Notes: generated by a model from the letters alone, not told the origin. 62,574 nt of DNA, filler included, from a bacterium (GCA_024278215.1; 5 parts of 5 records of this genome joined end to end with filler, not necessarily neighbours in it); one strand, 5' to 3'; shown: positions 19,773 to 28,373, numbered from the whole stretch's first letter. Made by a program: numbers and translations.

Positions 19773-20195
19773 TTGCAGTTCCATGATACGGACGATGTGC
19801 AGATACCCGGGAAAACATCGTCGTCCGGAGTGGACAGCGGGTCTTCGGCTACCAGATTGTTCGCGGTGATGACCGGCAAGTACTCGTCGGGCACAGGACA
19901 CCTCGGCCTGTATTACCAGACCGGCGACAGCCTTGACAACACGGACTTCGACGGGGTCGGCCTGATGCTCGGGGTCGAGTATCCGCTAAGAAAGAGCATC
20001 GGAACGGGCGAAGACAACATGAGCGTGTTGTTCGAGTTCGACACCAAACCTTTCTATATCGGAAAAACCGGGGCGGCAAGCCTTGGTCTGCGCTATAGGT
20101 TTATGAACGCCGGGCATGTGACGCTCGCAATTGTCGATGTGACGGACGCCGCAATGCTGACCCTGGAAGGCGCATACGATTTCGGCGCGAAATGA
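19773..20195 (+). CDS. Outer-membrane beta-barrel protein, C-terminal fragment (YjbH-like)
   Basis: Amphipathic strands (GVEY, GLRYRF, GAYDF); 5' end lost at the gap. Confidence 0.55.
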   Translation: MQFHDTDDVQIPGKTSSSGVDSGSSATRLFAVMTGKYSSGTGHLGLYYQTGDSLDNTDFDGVGLMLGVEYPLRKSIGTGEDNMSVLFEFDTKPFYIGKTGAASLGLRYRFMNAGHVTLAIVDVTDAAMLTLEGAYDFGAK

Positions 20196-20265
20196 GAGCA
20201 GGCAGGCGGCGGCAAGGAAGCGCCGGGGGCGGTGCAAGGGCGGCGCGAAAAACTGAATAACACGA

Positions 20266-20313
20266 GAGCCGGTTTCAGCCGGATACGGCAGAACGTGATT
20301 TTATGATCGGCTC
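20266..20313. mobile_element. 48-bp internally deleted family A derivative
   Basis: GAGCCG...CGGCTC ends flanked by a direct repeat ACGA on both sides. Confidence 0.6.
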
Positions 20314-20331
20314 ACGAGACGGGAAACAAAT

Positions 20332-21645
20332 ATGAAAAAACACCTGAGCCAGTTGCAAAATTATGTTCGAAGCGAGGTCGAGCGAAATTGGTCTGAAGCA
20401 AGACGCAGGTGCAATATCCGCGCAGGCGTACTTGTAGAGCACGTCGAGGAAGATTTTGCGCCGACATCACATTTGTTGACAATTGCAGCCGACCACCGCC
20501 GAATCGGAATTTTGCAATTGGCCCAAGTGATAATGCTTTTCTCAATCGTTTTGCTTACCGTTCTATCGGCATCGTCGAACATCGCAGATGCCGCAGACCT
20601 TCTCGAACCGCAGGCTCTGTCGTGGAACGCCGGTAAGGTGACACAGGACGAGGGGCGCGCCGACCTGTATTTCGTTTCTCTCGAACCGGGTTTCAGAATA
20701 GGTAACCTGACGGCGGTTATCGGCATCAATTACTATTTCGATGAAGACCTGAAGGTGCGAGACGGCGGCAACGACCTGATAATGCTTTCCTCGCTCGAAT
20801 ATGAAGACCCCAACAGGATGCGCTTATATTACGGCGAGATCGAAAACCTTACGCTCGGCAGCGGTTTCGTAGTCTCCAACTATCGCACGAATGTGACAGG
20901 CAATGTGCCGATGACACGCATGCAGGGCCTCGAACTGGACCTGTGGGGGCCGCGCTCGGCCGTAACGGTGTTCGGCACACGAACCGACCTGCTGGGGCTT
21001 CGCGCCGTGCGCAATATGGGCCGGGTCACCATCGGCACCACCGCCGTCACCGACGCCGAACCGGACTTCGAGGAGATAGCGCTGGACTTGCAGGGAACGA
21101 TCGTGCCGGAGAAATTCTCACTCTATACCGAGGTCGCCTCCATCCAGGATTACGGCGACGGCTTCGCTCTGGGTGTGCTTGCGACACCGCTTCCTTTCGT
21201 AGAGGTCAAAGCCGAGTTGCGCGATTTCGACTCGGACTTCGTGCCCGGCATCGTCGATGAACACTACGAAGCGCGCCCCGTCGTCGAAAGCATCAAGGCC
21301 AACACGACAGGCCGCCTCATGGGCTTCTACTCGGCTGTCGACTTCTTCCGGGGCCGCCGCGTTTCCGCAACTCTAACCTTTGAAGACTACGAAGACTATA
21401 AATCAAGATATACCATCACGGGCCGGGGCAAAATCAACAACCGGATACACGGCGACCTGTTTTTCGCAAAAGAAGATTTCGTGCCGCAGCTCGGCGGGAG
21501 CAGCGAAGATTCCATCGTGCGCGCACACATCTACGTGAAGACGACTAAAAGACTCGACCTCATCTTTGATTTCTATAACGCCTACGACGACAAACGGAAT
21601 ATGCTCGAGTCTCTGACGGTAAAAACAGAATATCACCTGTGGTGA
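20332..21645 (+). CDS. Putative outer-membrane beta-barrel protein carrying an in-frame MITE in its signal peptide
   Basis: Alternating beta-strands, LTLGSGFVVSNY, C-terminal aromatic residue (YHLW); residues ~6-64 derive from the family A repeat. Confidence 0.75.
   Translation: MKKHLSQLQNYVRSEVERNWSEARRRCNIRAGVLVEHVEEDFAPTSHLLTIAADHRRIGILQLAQVIMLFSIVLLTVLSASSNIADAADLLEPQALSWNAGKVTQDEGRADLYFVSLEPGFRIGNLTAVIGINYYFDEDLKVRDGGNDLIMLSSLEYEDPNRMRLYYGEIENLTLGSGFVVSNYRTNVTGNVPMTRMQGLELDLWGPRSAVTVFGTRTDLLGLRAVRNMGRVTIGTTAVTDAEPDFEEIALDLQGTIVPEKFSLYTEVASIQDYGDGFALGVLATPLPFVEVKAELRDFDSDFVPGIVDEHYEARPVVESIKANTTGRLMGFYSAVDFFRGRRVSATLTFEDYEDYKSRYTITGRGKINNRIHGDLFFAKEDFVPQLGGSSEDSIVRAHIYVKTTKRLDLIFDFYNAYDDKRNMLESLTVKTEYHLW
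20346..20524 (+). mobile_element. 179-bp MITE, family A copy 2 (intragenic, in frame)
   Basis: GAGCCAGTTGCAAAAT...ATTTTGCAATTGGCCC, colinear with the other copies. Confidence 0.9.
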
Positions 21646-21675
21646 GAACTCGATTTTCGCAATTCATGATACATG

Positions 21676-21809
21676 ACCCGGCGTAGCCGGAACCGGAATG
21701 GTTGCTTTTTCGTGCCCAAACAAATGCGGTTTGAGCACGGCACACATGGTTTCTTATCGTTCCGGGGCTCCGACCCGGAACGCAGGGACTGAACGCTCCG
21801 CGTTCACCA
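21676..21809. repeat. Composite REP-like repeat (family B, four hairpin modules)
   Basis: Modules recur at 29697-29750, 49916-50025 and 55000-55091. Confidence 0.85.
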
Positions 21810-21849
21810 ATCTCTTTTCATCATTGCAGTCGTGAGATACCAAACATGT

Positions 21850-21937
21850 GGTGTATGGCATAAAAGTGGGTTTGCGCAAAGACAGATACAGATACCGCCC
21901 AAAAACCGCGTTGCCAGTCCCTGTTTTTCGCGCATTT
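21850..21937 (+). mobile_element. Degenerate partial copy of family C MITE
   Basis: GGTGTATGGCATAAAAGTGGGTTT...GCGTTGCCAGTCCCTGTTTTTCGCGCATT aligns with 41254-41339. Confidence 0.7.
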
Positions 21938-21955
21938 CTTATGCGACTTACTTCT

Positions 21956-21993
21956 GAGCTGATTGTAAGATTCCGATTCTGCTGTGGTCGGCT
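21956..21993 (-). mobile_element. Fragment of family A MITE (right end)
   Basis: GAGCTGATTGTAAGATTCCGATTCTGCTGTGGTCGGCT matches 56168-56205. Confidence 0.7.
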
Positions 21994-22016
21994 TATAATA
22001 TTGACACAAAGAAAAA

Positions 22017-22133
22017 TGGGACTTCATGCGAAACGCCCGGGTGCTAACTGATCGATGCCCATTCATCCGTGATCTTAACCCGGACCTCCGTGTCCGTTTG
22101 ACCAGTTCTCTCGGGAACTCACCTGAAATCCCA
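22017..22133 (-). ncRNA. Candidate structured small RNA (~117 nt)
   Basis: 16-bp closing stem with G-U pairs only on the minus strand, internal stems, 3' U-run, AT-rich upstream region. Confidence 0.4.
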
Positions 22134-22263
22134 CTGGAACTTCTTTTATATAGTTATTTATCGGACGCAGATATAAATACTTTAGCATTTTAGCAAATAA
22201 TTATTTTTGTCTTTTTCGGTGTTTCCCGCTTCCCTTTTCGGTTTCAGCTTTGCCGGGTTGGGA

Positions 22264-22292
22264 TAACCCGCATATTTCACAAATGCGGGATA
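22264..22292 (+). repeat. 29-bp palindromic repeat (family D)
   Basis: TAACCCGCATATTTCACAAATGCGGGATA downstream of moaB. Confidence 0.8.
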
Positions 22293-22330
22293 GCCCGTCC
22301 GGGAGGGGCTCCCTGAGCCGCTTGATGCTT

Positions 22331-22828
22331 TCAGCGCGATGCTTCCCAGACTATATGCGCTATCTCGGGGATTATGATCTTTTCCATCGCAAGTGTCACG
22401 GCACCGCTGGAGCCGGGTATGGAGACGACGACTGTGCCGCCCGCGATGCCCGCCACGGCACGGCTCATCATCGCTGCCGGGCCGATGTCTTCGTAGCTTA
22501 GCATCCTGAAAATTTCTCCGAACCCCGGCAGCGTTTTGTCGAGTCTCGCTTCGAGCGCGTCATAAGTCGTGTCGCGGCGTGATATCCCTGTGCCGCCGTT
22601 GAAGATTACAGCCTGGACAGTTTCGGGCATTGTGTCGAGCAAATTGTTTATTTCGGATGTTTCATCTTTTATTATTCTATGGCCTGCGACAATGTGGCCG
22701 GCGGCCTCGAGTTTATCCCGGATTATTGCGCCGCTTGCGTCGGTATCGATCGTTCGCGTGTCGCTGACGGTAACGATAAAAACTTTTACCTGACCGCCGG
22801 CTTTTTCGTGGTGTTCCCTGTGTCCCAT
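22331..22828 (-). CDS. moaB: Molybdenum cofactor biosynthesis protein B (MoaB/Mog)
   Basis: TVSDTR, GGTGISRRDTT, PGFGEIFR, SRAVAG, PGS; GGGGGA RBS before ATG 22828. Confidence 0.92.
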   Translation of the reverse strand: MGHREHHEKAGGQVKVFIVTVSDTRTIDTDASGAIIRDKLEAAGHIVAGHRIIKDETSEINNLLDTMPETVQAVIFNGGTGISRRDTTYDALEARLDKTLPGFGEIFRMLSYEDIGPAAMMSRAVAGIAGGTVVVSIPGSSGAVTLAMEKIIIPEIAHIVWEASR

Positions 22829-22868
22829 GTTTGTTCCCCCGGTGTACGCTGTGATATTACGTATACTT

Positions 22869-23046
22869 GAGCCAATTGCAAAATTCTGATTCTGCTGCGG
22901 TCGGCTGCTATTGTCCATAGCTGCGTGGTCGGCATAAAATCGTCCTCGATGTACTTTACATGTACGCCTGCGAGGATTTTACACCTCCGCCTTGCTCTGA
23001 ACAATTTCGCTCGACCTCGCTACGAACATAATTTTGCAATCGGCTC
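22869..23046 (-). mobile_element. 178-bp MITE, family A copy 3
   Basis: Both TIRs present; starts immediately after the znuB TAA stop, between znuB and moaB. Confidence 0.9.
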
Positions 23047-23913
23047 TTATGAAGATATATCAGACCTCTTGATTTTGCGCCTTCGCAACAGTCTCGAAGC
23101 GGCTGTTACAACGAGGTAACATGCGCCGGCGACAACGATTATCGTCGCGCCCGCGGGCAGATTCGGACTGTAGCTGACCGCGAGTCCCGCCGTAGTGAAC
23201 AACATGCTCAGGAGCACGGACAGGCCCATGATTTTCCATAGTGTGCCGGAGAAATGTCCCGCGACGGCAACGGGCAGGGTGAGTAGTGCTATGACCATTA
23301 TCACGCCGACGACGGAAACTGTCAGAACGACCGTCAACGCTGTAAGGCAGAGCAGCAACAGGTAGTAGAACTCGACATTTATGCCCCGAACACGCGCGAA
23401 TTCTTCGTCGAAGCATATTCCCATAAACTGGTTGTAGAGCAGCAATCCCGCGCCGGCGACAACGACGTCAAGCGTCGCTATCAGCAGGATGTCGCTCGTT
23501 TTTACCATGAGAATATTCCCGAACAGGTAGCTCATCAGGTCTTCATTGTAGCCGGGTGTGCGCGATATGAACAGAACGCCGACCGCCATACCCAGCGCCC
23601 AGAGAGCGCCGATGACCGTGTCCTCGCGCTCTTTGGCGCGGATGCTGACGAAACCGATGATAAATGCTGCCAGAAGCGCTGCCGCCACTGCCCCGTAAAG
23701 GGGATCGAGAAATGACCAGCCGCAGACTTTATTGAGGTAGTTGGCGGCGCCGAGCCCGCCCAGCACACAGTGCGCGATGCCGCCCGCGATGTAGCTTATC
23801 CGCCGCATTATTACATAGGTGCCGATTATGCCGCATGAGACGCTGACAAGCAACCCCGTGATCAGCGCGTATTGCAGGAACGTGTAGTGGCCGACGGCCC
23901 TGATGAATTCCAT
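23047..23913 (-). CDS. znuB: Zn/Mn ABC transporter permease
   Basis: GIAHCVLGG, YLFGNIL, FDEEFAR.RG, PAGATI. Confidence 0.92.
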   Translation of the reverse strand: MEFIRAVGHYTFLQYALITGLLVSVSCGIIGTYVIMRRISYIAGGIAHCVLGGLGAANYLNKVCGWSFLDPLYGAVAAALLAAFIIGFVSIRAKEREDTVIGALWALGMAVGVLFISRTPGYNEDLMSYLFGNILMVKTSDILLIATLDVVVAGAGLLLYNQFMGICFDEEFARVRGINVEFYYLLLLCLTALTVVLTVSVVGVIMVIALLTLPVAVAGHFSGTLWKIMGLSVLLSMLFTTAGLAVSYSPNLPAGATIIVVAGACYLVVTAASRLLRRRKIKRSDISS

Positions 23914-24674
23914 TATCGGCAGTCCTCTCCCGTGCAGTCGTGGTCGTGGCGCACGATCTTGAAATTGCCGCCGTATACTTCGTCCAGCAGGTCGCTGGTT
24001 ATCTCCTCTGTCGGGTGCACCGCTACAGTTCCTTTGACGCAGATGACATTCTTTGTGAAGCGTGTGACGAAGCCGAGATTGTGAGAGACGAGCAGTATGG
24101 TCATGCGGCTGCTGAGGCGACCGAGGAGTTCATTCATGCGTACTTCCGACTTCATGTCCAGACCGGCGGTGGGTTCGTCGAGCAGGAGCAACTCGGGTGC
24201 CGGTGCGATGGCGCGAGCGAGGAGAGCACGGCGCTGCTGGCCGCCGGATAGTGTGGAGAACTGGCGGTTCCTGATATCCGATAGTTGGACTTCGTCGAGC
24301 GCCGCACGCGCGGCCTCTTTATCCGCTCTCGTGTAGGGACCGAAGTTCCTGGCGATGCACAGTCTCCCCATAAGCACAAGGTCCGTGACGCTGACAGGGA
24401 AAAATGGGTCGGATGTCAGGTTCTGGGGCATGTAGCCGATTCGTTTTCCGGCTCGACGTGGCAGCCCGCCCAGTACACTGATGCGACCGCTGTCGGGAGT
24501 GAGGAGCCCCAGGATGAGTTTGAGCAGAGTGCTCTTGCCGCCGCCGTTCGGGCCGACAATGCTGGTGAACGTACCCCGGGCAAGAGCGAAACTGATGTTT
24601 TCCAGCACGGGCGGCCCACCATACGTGAAGCTGACATCATCAAATTCTATTACCGGTTTTTCGGGCAAATGCAA
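23913..24674 (-). CDS. znuC: Zn/Mn ABC transporter ATPase
   Basis: GPNGGGKST, LSGGQQRR, LLLLDEP, VSH, His-containing C-terminus; TTG start inferred from AAGGAAGGA RBS. Confidence 0.92.
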   Translation of the reverse strand: MHLPEKPVIEFDDVSFTYGGPPVLENISFALARGTFTSIVGPNGGGKSTLLKLILGLLTPDSGRISVLGGLPRRAGKRIGYMPQNLTSDPFFPVSVTDLVLMGRLCIARNFGPYTRADKEAARAALDEVQLSDIRNRQFSTLSGGQQRRALLARAIAPAPELLLLDEPTAGLDMKSEVRMNELLGRLSSRMTILLVSHNLGFVTRFTKNVICVKGTVAVHPTEEITSDLLDEVYGGNFKIVRHDHDCTGEDCR

Positions 24675-24686
24675 ATGTCCTTCCTT

Positions 24687-24715
24687 TAACCCGCATATTT
24701 CACCAATGCGGGTTA
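24687..24715 (+). repeat. 29-bp palindromic repeat (family D)
   Basis: TAACCCGCAT-atttcacca-ATGCGGGTTA, perfect 10-bp arms, between znuA and znuC. Confidence 0.8.
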
Positions 24716-24722
24716 AAAACAT

Positions 24723-25643
24723 TCAGGGCTGCCGCGCGAGCGCCGACTTTATTTCCACGGCAATATTTCTTAGATTCTTTATGTAATCATAAGCGAGAGG
24801 GTCGATAGGAACCACCGCGCCGCCGATGGCCCCGGCGATGGCCTCCGCGCTCTTCTTCGAGAACTGCGGCTGCACGAATATCACCCTGACATCTTCGGAC
24901 TTCGCCTTGTTTATCAGACTCGCGATATGCTTCGCGCCGGGTTCTTTGCCGCCTGTTTCCACCGCCATCTGCTGCAATCCATAGGCCCTGGCGAAGTAGC
25001 CGAACGCAGGGTGGAACACATAAATCTTCTTACCTCTGACCGGTTCGAGGGCGGCGCTGATCTCTCTGTTTAACTTGTCGAGGTCCGCGACAACAACCGA
25101 GAGGTTGTAGTCGATTTCATCGGCGTGTTCCGGTACGATTTTCTTAAGATTCGCGGCAATAAGCACCGCCTGTTTTTTTGCCAGCGCGGGGTCGAGCCAC
25201 GTGTGGGGATCGAGTTCCCCGGCCTTGTGCCCGTGTTCTTCATGCTCGTTTTCGCGCGTGTGTGTGTCGAGCATTATTTTATCAATGCCGCTGCTTGTGT
25301 CCACTATGTTGAGATTCTTCAACCTGCCGCTTATATTCTCCAGCAGGTGTTTCTCGAATGGCACACCGATAAGGAATAAGGTTTCGGCGTTGTCCAGTGC
25401 CGCGATCTGGCCTGGTGTGGGGTCATAGGTGGCGGGCGATTGGCCGGGCATCACAAGGACTTTCACGTCGAAATACTTTCCGCCGATACGGTCGACGAAA
25501 TATTTTTGCGGCAGTATGCTGACGTACACCAGCGGCTTGACTCCGCCCTCTTTTTCCGTGCCGGTGCGGGTGCAGGAAGTAAAAAGCAGGCAACATGCGA
25601 AAAAAAGGGAAACACAGGAAGCGGTTTTAAATACATTTGTCAT
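24723..25643 (-). CDS. znuA: Zn/Mn ABC transporter substrate-binding lipoprotein
   Basis: Lipobox FTSC, VSILPQ, His-rich loop, DPHTWL, VFHPAFGYF. Confidence 0.92.
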   Translation of the reverse strand: MTNVFKTASCVSLFFACCLLFTSCTRTGTEKEGGVKPLVYVSILPQKYFVDRIGGKYFDVKVLVMPGQSPATYDPTPGQIAALDNAETLFLIGVPFEKHLLENISGRLKNLNIVDTSSGIDKIMLDTHTRENEHEEHGHKAGELDPHTWLDPALAKKQAVLIAANLKKIVPEHADEIDYNLSVVVADLDKLNREISAALEPVRGKKIYVFHPAFGYFARAYGLQQMAVETGGKEPGAKHIASLINKAKSEDVRVIFVQPQFSKKSAEAIAGAIGGAVVPIDPLAYDYIKNLRNIAVEIKSALARQP

Positions 25644-25808
25644 TTCTCTCGAATCCATTCTGCACAACAACAGTGTTTAAGCAAACATTACAAGGTCGCG
25701 AAACCGCACTAAAAGCCTTACAAGATAATAATGGAGTTGCCCCGCAATATAAATGATAACCGGGAAAATATTGATGTGTGTAACTGGAGGGATGAAAGGG
25801 CCGGCGGG

Positions 25809-26342
25809 TCAGAGTTCCCGCCAGCGCCTGATCTGGATATAGCGGTAGTCATTTATAGCGAAGCCGCTCCATATACGACGCACCTGGGCGCGAACGCGCC
25901 GTGTGTAGGCGTCTGTTGTGCCTGTGGATATTATGTCGATGTAATGATAGAAACGCACGTTCGCGTTGGTATCGGCCTTGTATGTCGACATGGAAACCTG
26001 GTATTTCCAGCCGGTTGTCACGGGCGCGCCGCTTGTGCAGGCGGCCTGCGGGAACGTGTTTGAATATCTGGCATTGAACCTTGGCGGAAAGAAAAGCGGG
26101 AAGGCTCTTATGCGCCAAATATTGTATTCGAGTCCCGATTCGGCGCAGTAGTAAGCCTCCATATCCTCGATCTGGTTCGATATTATTTCGAGATCGGAGA
26201 GGCGCATCATCTCGAGAGTGATCATGAGAGCGCCCGCGAAAAAAATGATGAATACGGCCATGAGGATAACCGAGCCGCGCTCGCCGGAGTTGTCGTTCAA
26301 CGGCTGTTTGCCGCCGGAGTTCTCTTTCATACTTGCTGTCAT
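25809..26342 (-). CDS. PilX-like minor pilin
   Basis: RG|SVILM N-terminus lacking Glu+5, AYYCAESGLE, C-terminal WREL. Confidence 0.75.
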   Translation of the reverse strand: MTASMKENSGGKQPLNDNSGERGSVILMAVFIIFFAGALMITLEMMRLSDLEIISNQIEDMEAYYCAESGLEYNIWRIRAFPLFFPPRFNARYSNTFPQAACTSGAPVTTGWKYQVSMSTYKADTNANVRFYHYIDIISTGTTDAYTRRVRAQVRRIWSGFAINDYRYIQIRRWREL

Positions 26343-27235
26343 GGGTCGATTTTCACCGCCTCCGCATACTGGCAGTTTTCTGTAAACACATCTGAAACGG
26401 TAACTTGCAGGCGATGGCTCGGATTGATGAATCCGAGGCCGGAGCGCACATTGGACGCGACCATATCAATGCAGCCGGCCCAGTAGTCGCCAGGGTTGGT
26501 GTAGGTCAGGTTCCAGGTCCACGAGTTGGGAAAACCGGGGCAGAAGAAGCAGGTCATAGTAACCTGCGCGGTTGACACATATTCCCGGTTGACCCTGTCG
26601 CAGAATGCTTTGACGCACAATTTGCCGGGATTCCCCGCGTTGCCGATGTTGTAATAATAAGTTTCGGACGCGAAAGCAGTTGTGCGTGAAAGCATGTAGC
26701 CGTCGCGGCTTGTGCGCATCTGCACATGGGTCATGAACTGCATCGGGTTCAGGTATGTTGTGCCGGGCAGTATCTGGCGCGCGTCGGAAACCTCGAATCT
26801 GAAACGGAATGAATTGACGATGCGGTGTCGGGTGACGCCCGTAGCCATGCGCCTCGAATAGGCTGTGTATGAAAATGAATCGATGGGCGCCGCCAGCGAG
26901 TCGTTGACGAAGACGGGGCTCTGTGTGCCGAACTCGATGTTGGCTGCGCCATCGTAGTTGAAGCGGTATATGGTGCTGGAGGACCAGTCGGGGTAGAAAT
27001 CGATATATGTCGGATCTGTGCATGATCTGAGGTCGTAGGCTTTGCGGATCTCGCGCCCGAGTTTGCTCATGCCGACCCTGCCGATCTCGAGTGTCTCGAC
27101 ACGCCGGTCCGCTATGCGCCAGGAATTATATGTAGACTCTATCAGCGGAAAAAGTCCGAGCGCGAGCACGGCGACAATAAAAATAACTATTATCACCTCG
27201 ACCAGCGTTATCCCGCGTGTTCTGCTTTCGTCCAT
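26339..27235 (-). CDS. PilW-like minor pilin
   Basis: RG|ITLVE prepilin site, hydrophobic helix, REIRKA. Confidence 0.8.
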   Translation of the reverse strand: MDESRTRGITLVEVIIVIFIVAVLALGLFPLIESTYNSWRIADRRVETLEIGRVGMSKLGREIRKAYDLRSCTDPTYIDFYPDWSSSTIYRFNYDGAANIEFGTQSPVFVNDSLAAPIDSFSYTAYSRRMATGVTRHRIVNSFRFRFEVSDARQILPGTTYLNPMQFMTHVQMRTSRDGYMLSRTTAFASETYYYNIGNAGNPGKLCVKAFCDRVNREYVSTAQVTMTCFFCPGFPNSWTWNLTYTNPGDYWAGCIDMVASNVRSGLGFINPSHRLQVTVSDVFTENCQYAEAVKIDP

Positions 27236-27241
27236 AGTTTG

Positions 27242-27772
27242 CTACCAGTCGGGCGGTCTCTTCGCTATCTGTGTCTCGAGAAAAACGTCCGGGTCCTTGG
27301 GGTCCAGCGTACCGTTGCTGTCCTTATCGTACCATACACGGACCTGGATGTATCCCAGCGCGTCGTTCGTCCCCGGCACCAGTCCTGTGTCCACCGTGCA
27401 TTCATATTTCTGGAAAGGGTAGGGAAAAGAACAGGCGGCGGCGTTTTCCGTAAGGGTGGGCGCGGCAGCCGGGTTCAGGCGTCCGAAGTCCGATGTAGTG
27501 CCGCTCATGGGGCAGCCGTTGACGGGCGCGGCCCCGTAGTCTGTGTAACATGACGCCCGCGAACGCACTTCCTCGATTTTCAACTGTGCGAGAAAAGCGG
27601 CGTGAGTGAGATATTCCTCGTCGTTACTCTCCTCGAGTGCGGAAGCCATCACCCGCATAATAGGATATATCACTATCGTCATCACAATGATTGTGACGAC
27701 GATCTCGACAAGTGTAAACCCGCCGGAGCCGGCGACTTTTTCTCCTCTTAAATATTTCATAGCGAATTTCAT
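27242..27772 (-). CDS. PilV-like minor pilin
   Basis: GG|FTLVE prepilin site, LAQLKIEE, IQVRVWY. Confidence 0.8.
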   Translation of the reverse strand: MKFAMKYLRGEKVAGSGGFTLVEIVVTIIVMTIVIYPIMRVMASALEESNDEEYLTHAAFLAQLKIEEVRSRASCYTDYGAAPVNGCPMSGTTSDFGRLNPAAAPTLTENAAACSFPYPFQKYECTVDTGLVPGTNDALGYIQVRVWYDKDSNGTLDPKDPDVFLETQIAKRPPDW

Positions 27773-27782
27773 TTGTTTATTG

Positions 27783-28304
27783 TCACAACTCGTAAAGTTC
27801 GATCTTGCCCGTGCCCCGTACGACACTGACACGCCACCGGTAGAGGCTGTTGACATCCTCGACCAGGATCGTGCCGCCCGTATAGGGGTGCGGCCCGCCG
27901 CGGGAGTCGAAATAAAAAGCGTTTGTCGCCGTGTTCGAAAGCCGCAGGCCTTCCTCGATAGTCACCGTTTTTATCGGTGCCGCGCTGCTCCCGTAGGTGC
28001 TGTATATCCGCCAGCTGTCGGTGGCGGTGCCGACAGTGTACAACTCGAGCCGGAAGGCCGGTTCCTGAGAAAGGCTTGTTGCGGTGTTGCCGTTGAGCCC
28101 GCCGCCCATCGCCAGCCGTCTCGAGTAGCGAAGGTCGGCGGCAAGGTCGTGCGCCGTCGAATACACATGATGTTTTATGATCGCCAGCTTCGTGTAGCGC
28201 GGCACGAACATCTTATAGAGTATCGCGACAAGGACAAGAATAAGCAGCAACTCGACAATGGTAAACCCTTTCTGCGATTTTATCCTGTCCACAGTTATGC
28301 GCAA
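27783..28304 (-). CDS. FimT/GspH-like minor pilin
   Basis: KG|FTIVE prepilin site, LAADLRYSR.LA, FDSRG, TGKI. Confidence 0.8.
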   Translation of the reverse strand: MRITVDRIKSQKGFTIVELLLILVLVAILYKMFVPRYTKLAIIKHHVYSTAHDLAADLRYSRRLAMGGGLNGNTATSLSQEPAFRLELYTVGTATDSWRIYSTYGSSAAPIKTVTIEEGLRLSNTATNAFYFDSRGGPHPYTGGTILVEDVNSLYRWRVSVVRGTGKIELYEL

Positions 28305-28373
28305 TGCCTCCGGGCACTATTACCCATCATGGATGAAATACTACAATTAGATTATACCACAGGAAAAAGTTAG

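Noticed and set aside
21676-22330. Possible CRISPR array
   Set aside because: No regularly spaced identical repeats with unique spacers, and no cas genes in the window
22829-22918. N-terminal extension of moaB (MDNSSRPQQNQNFAIGS...)
   Set aside because: The ATG lies inside family A copy 3; ATG 22828 has a good RBS and gives a normal MoaB length
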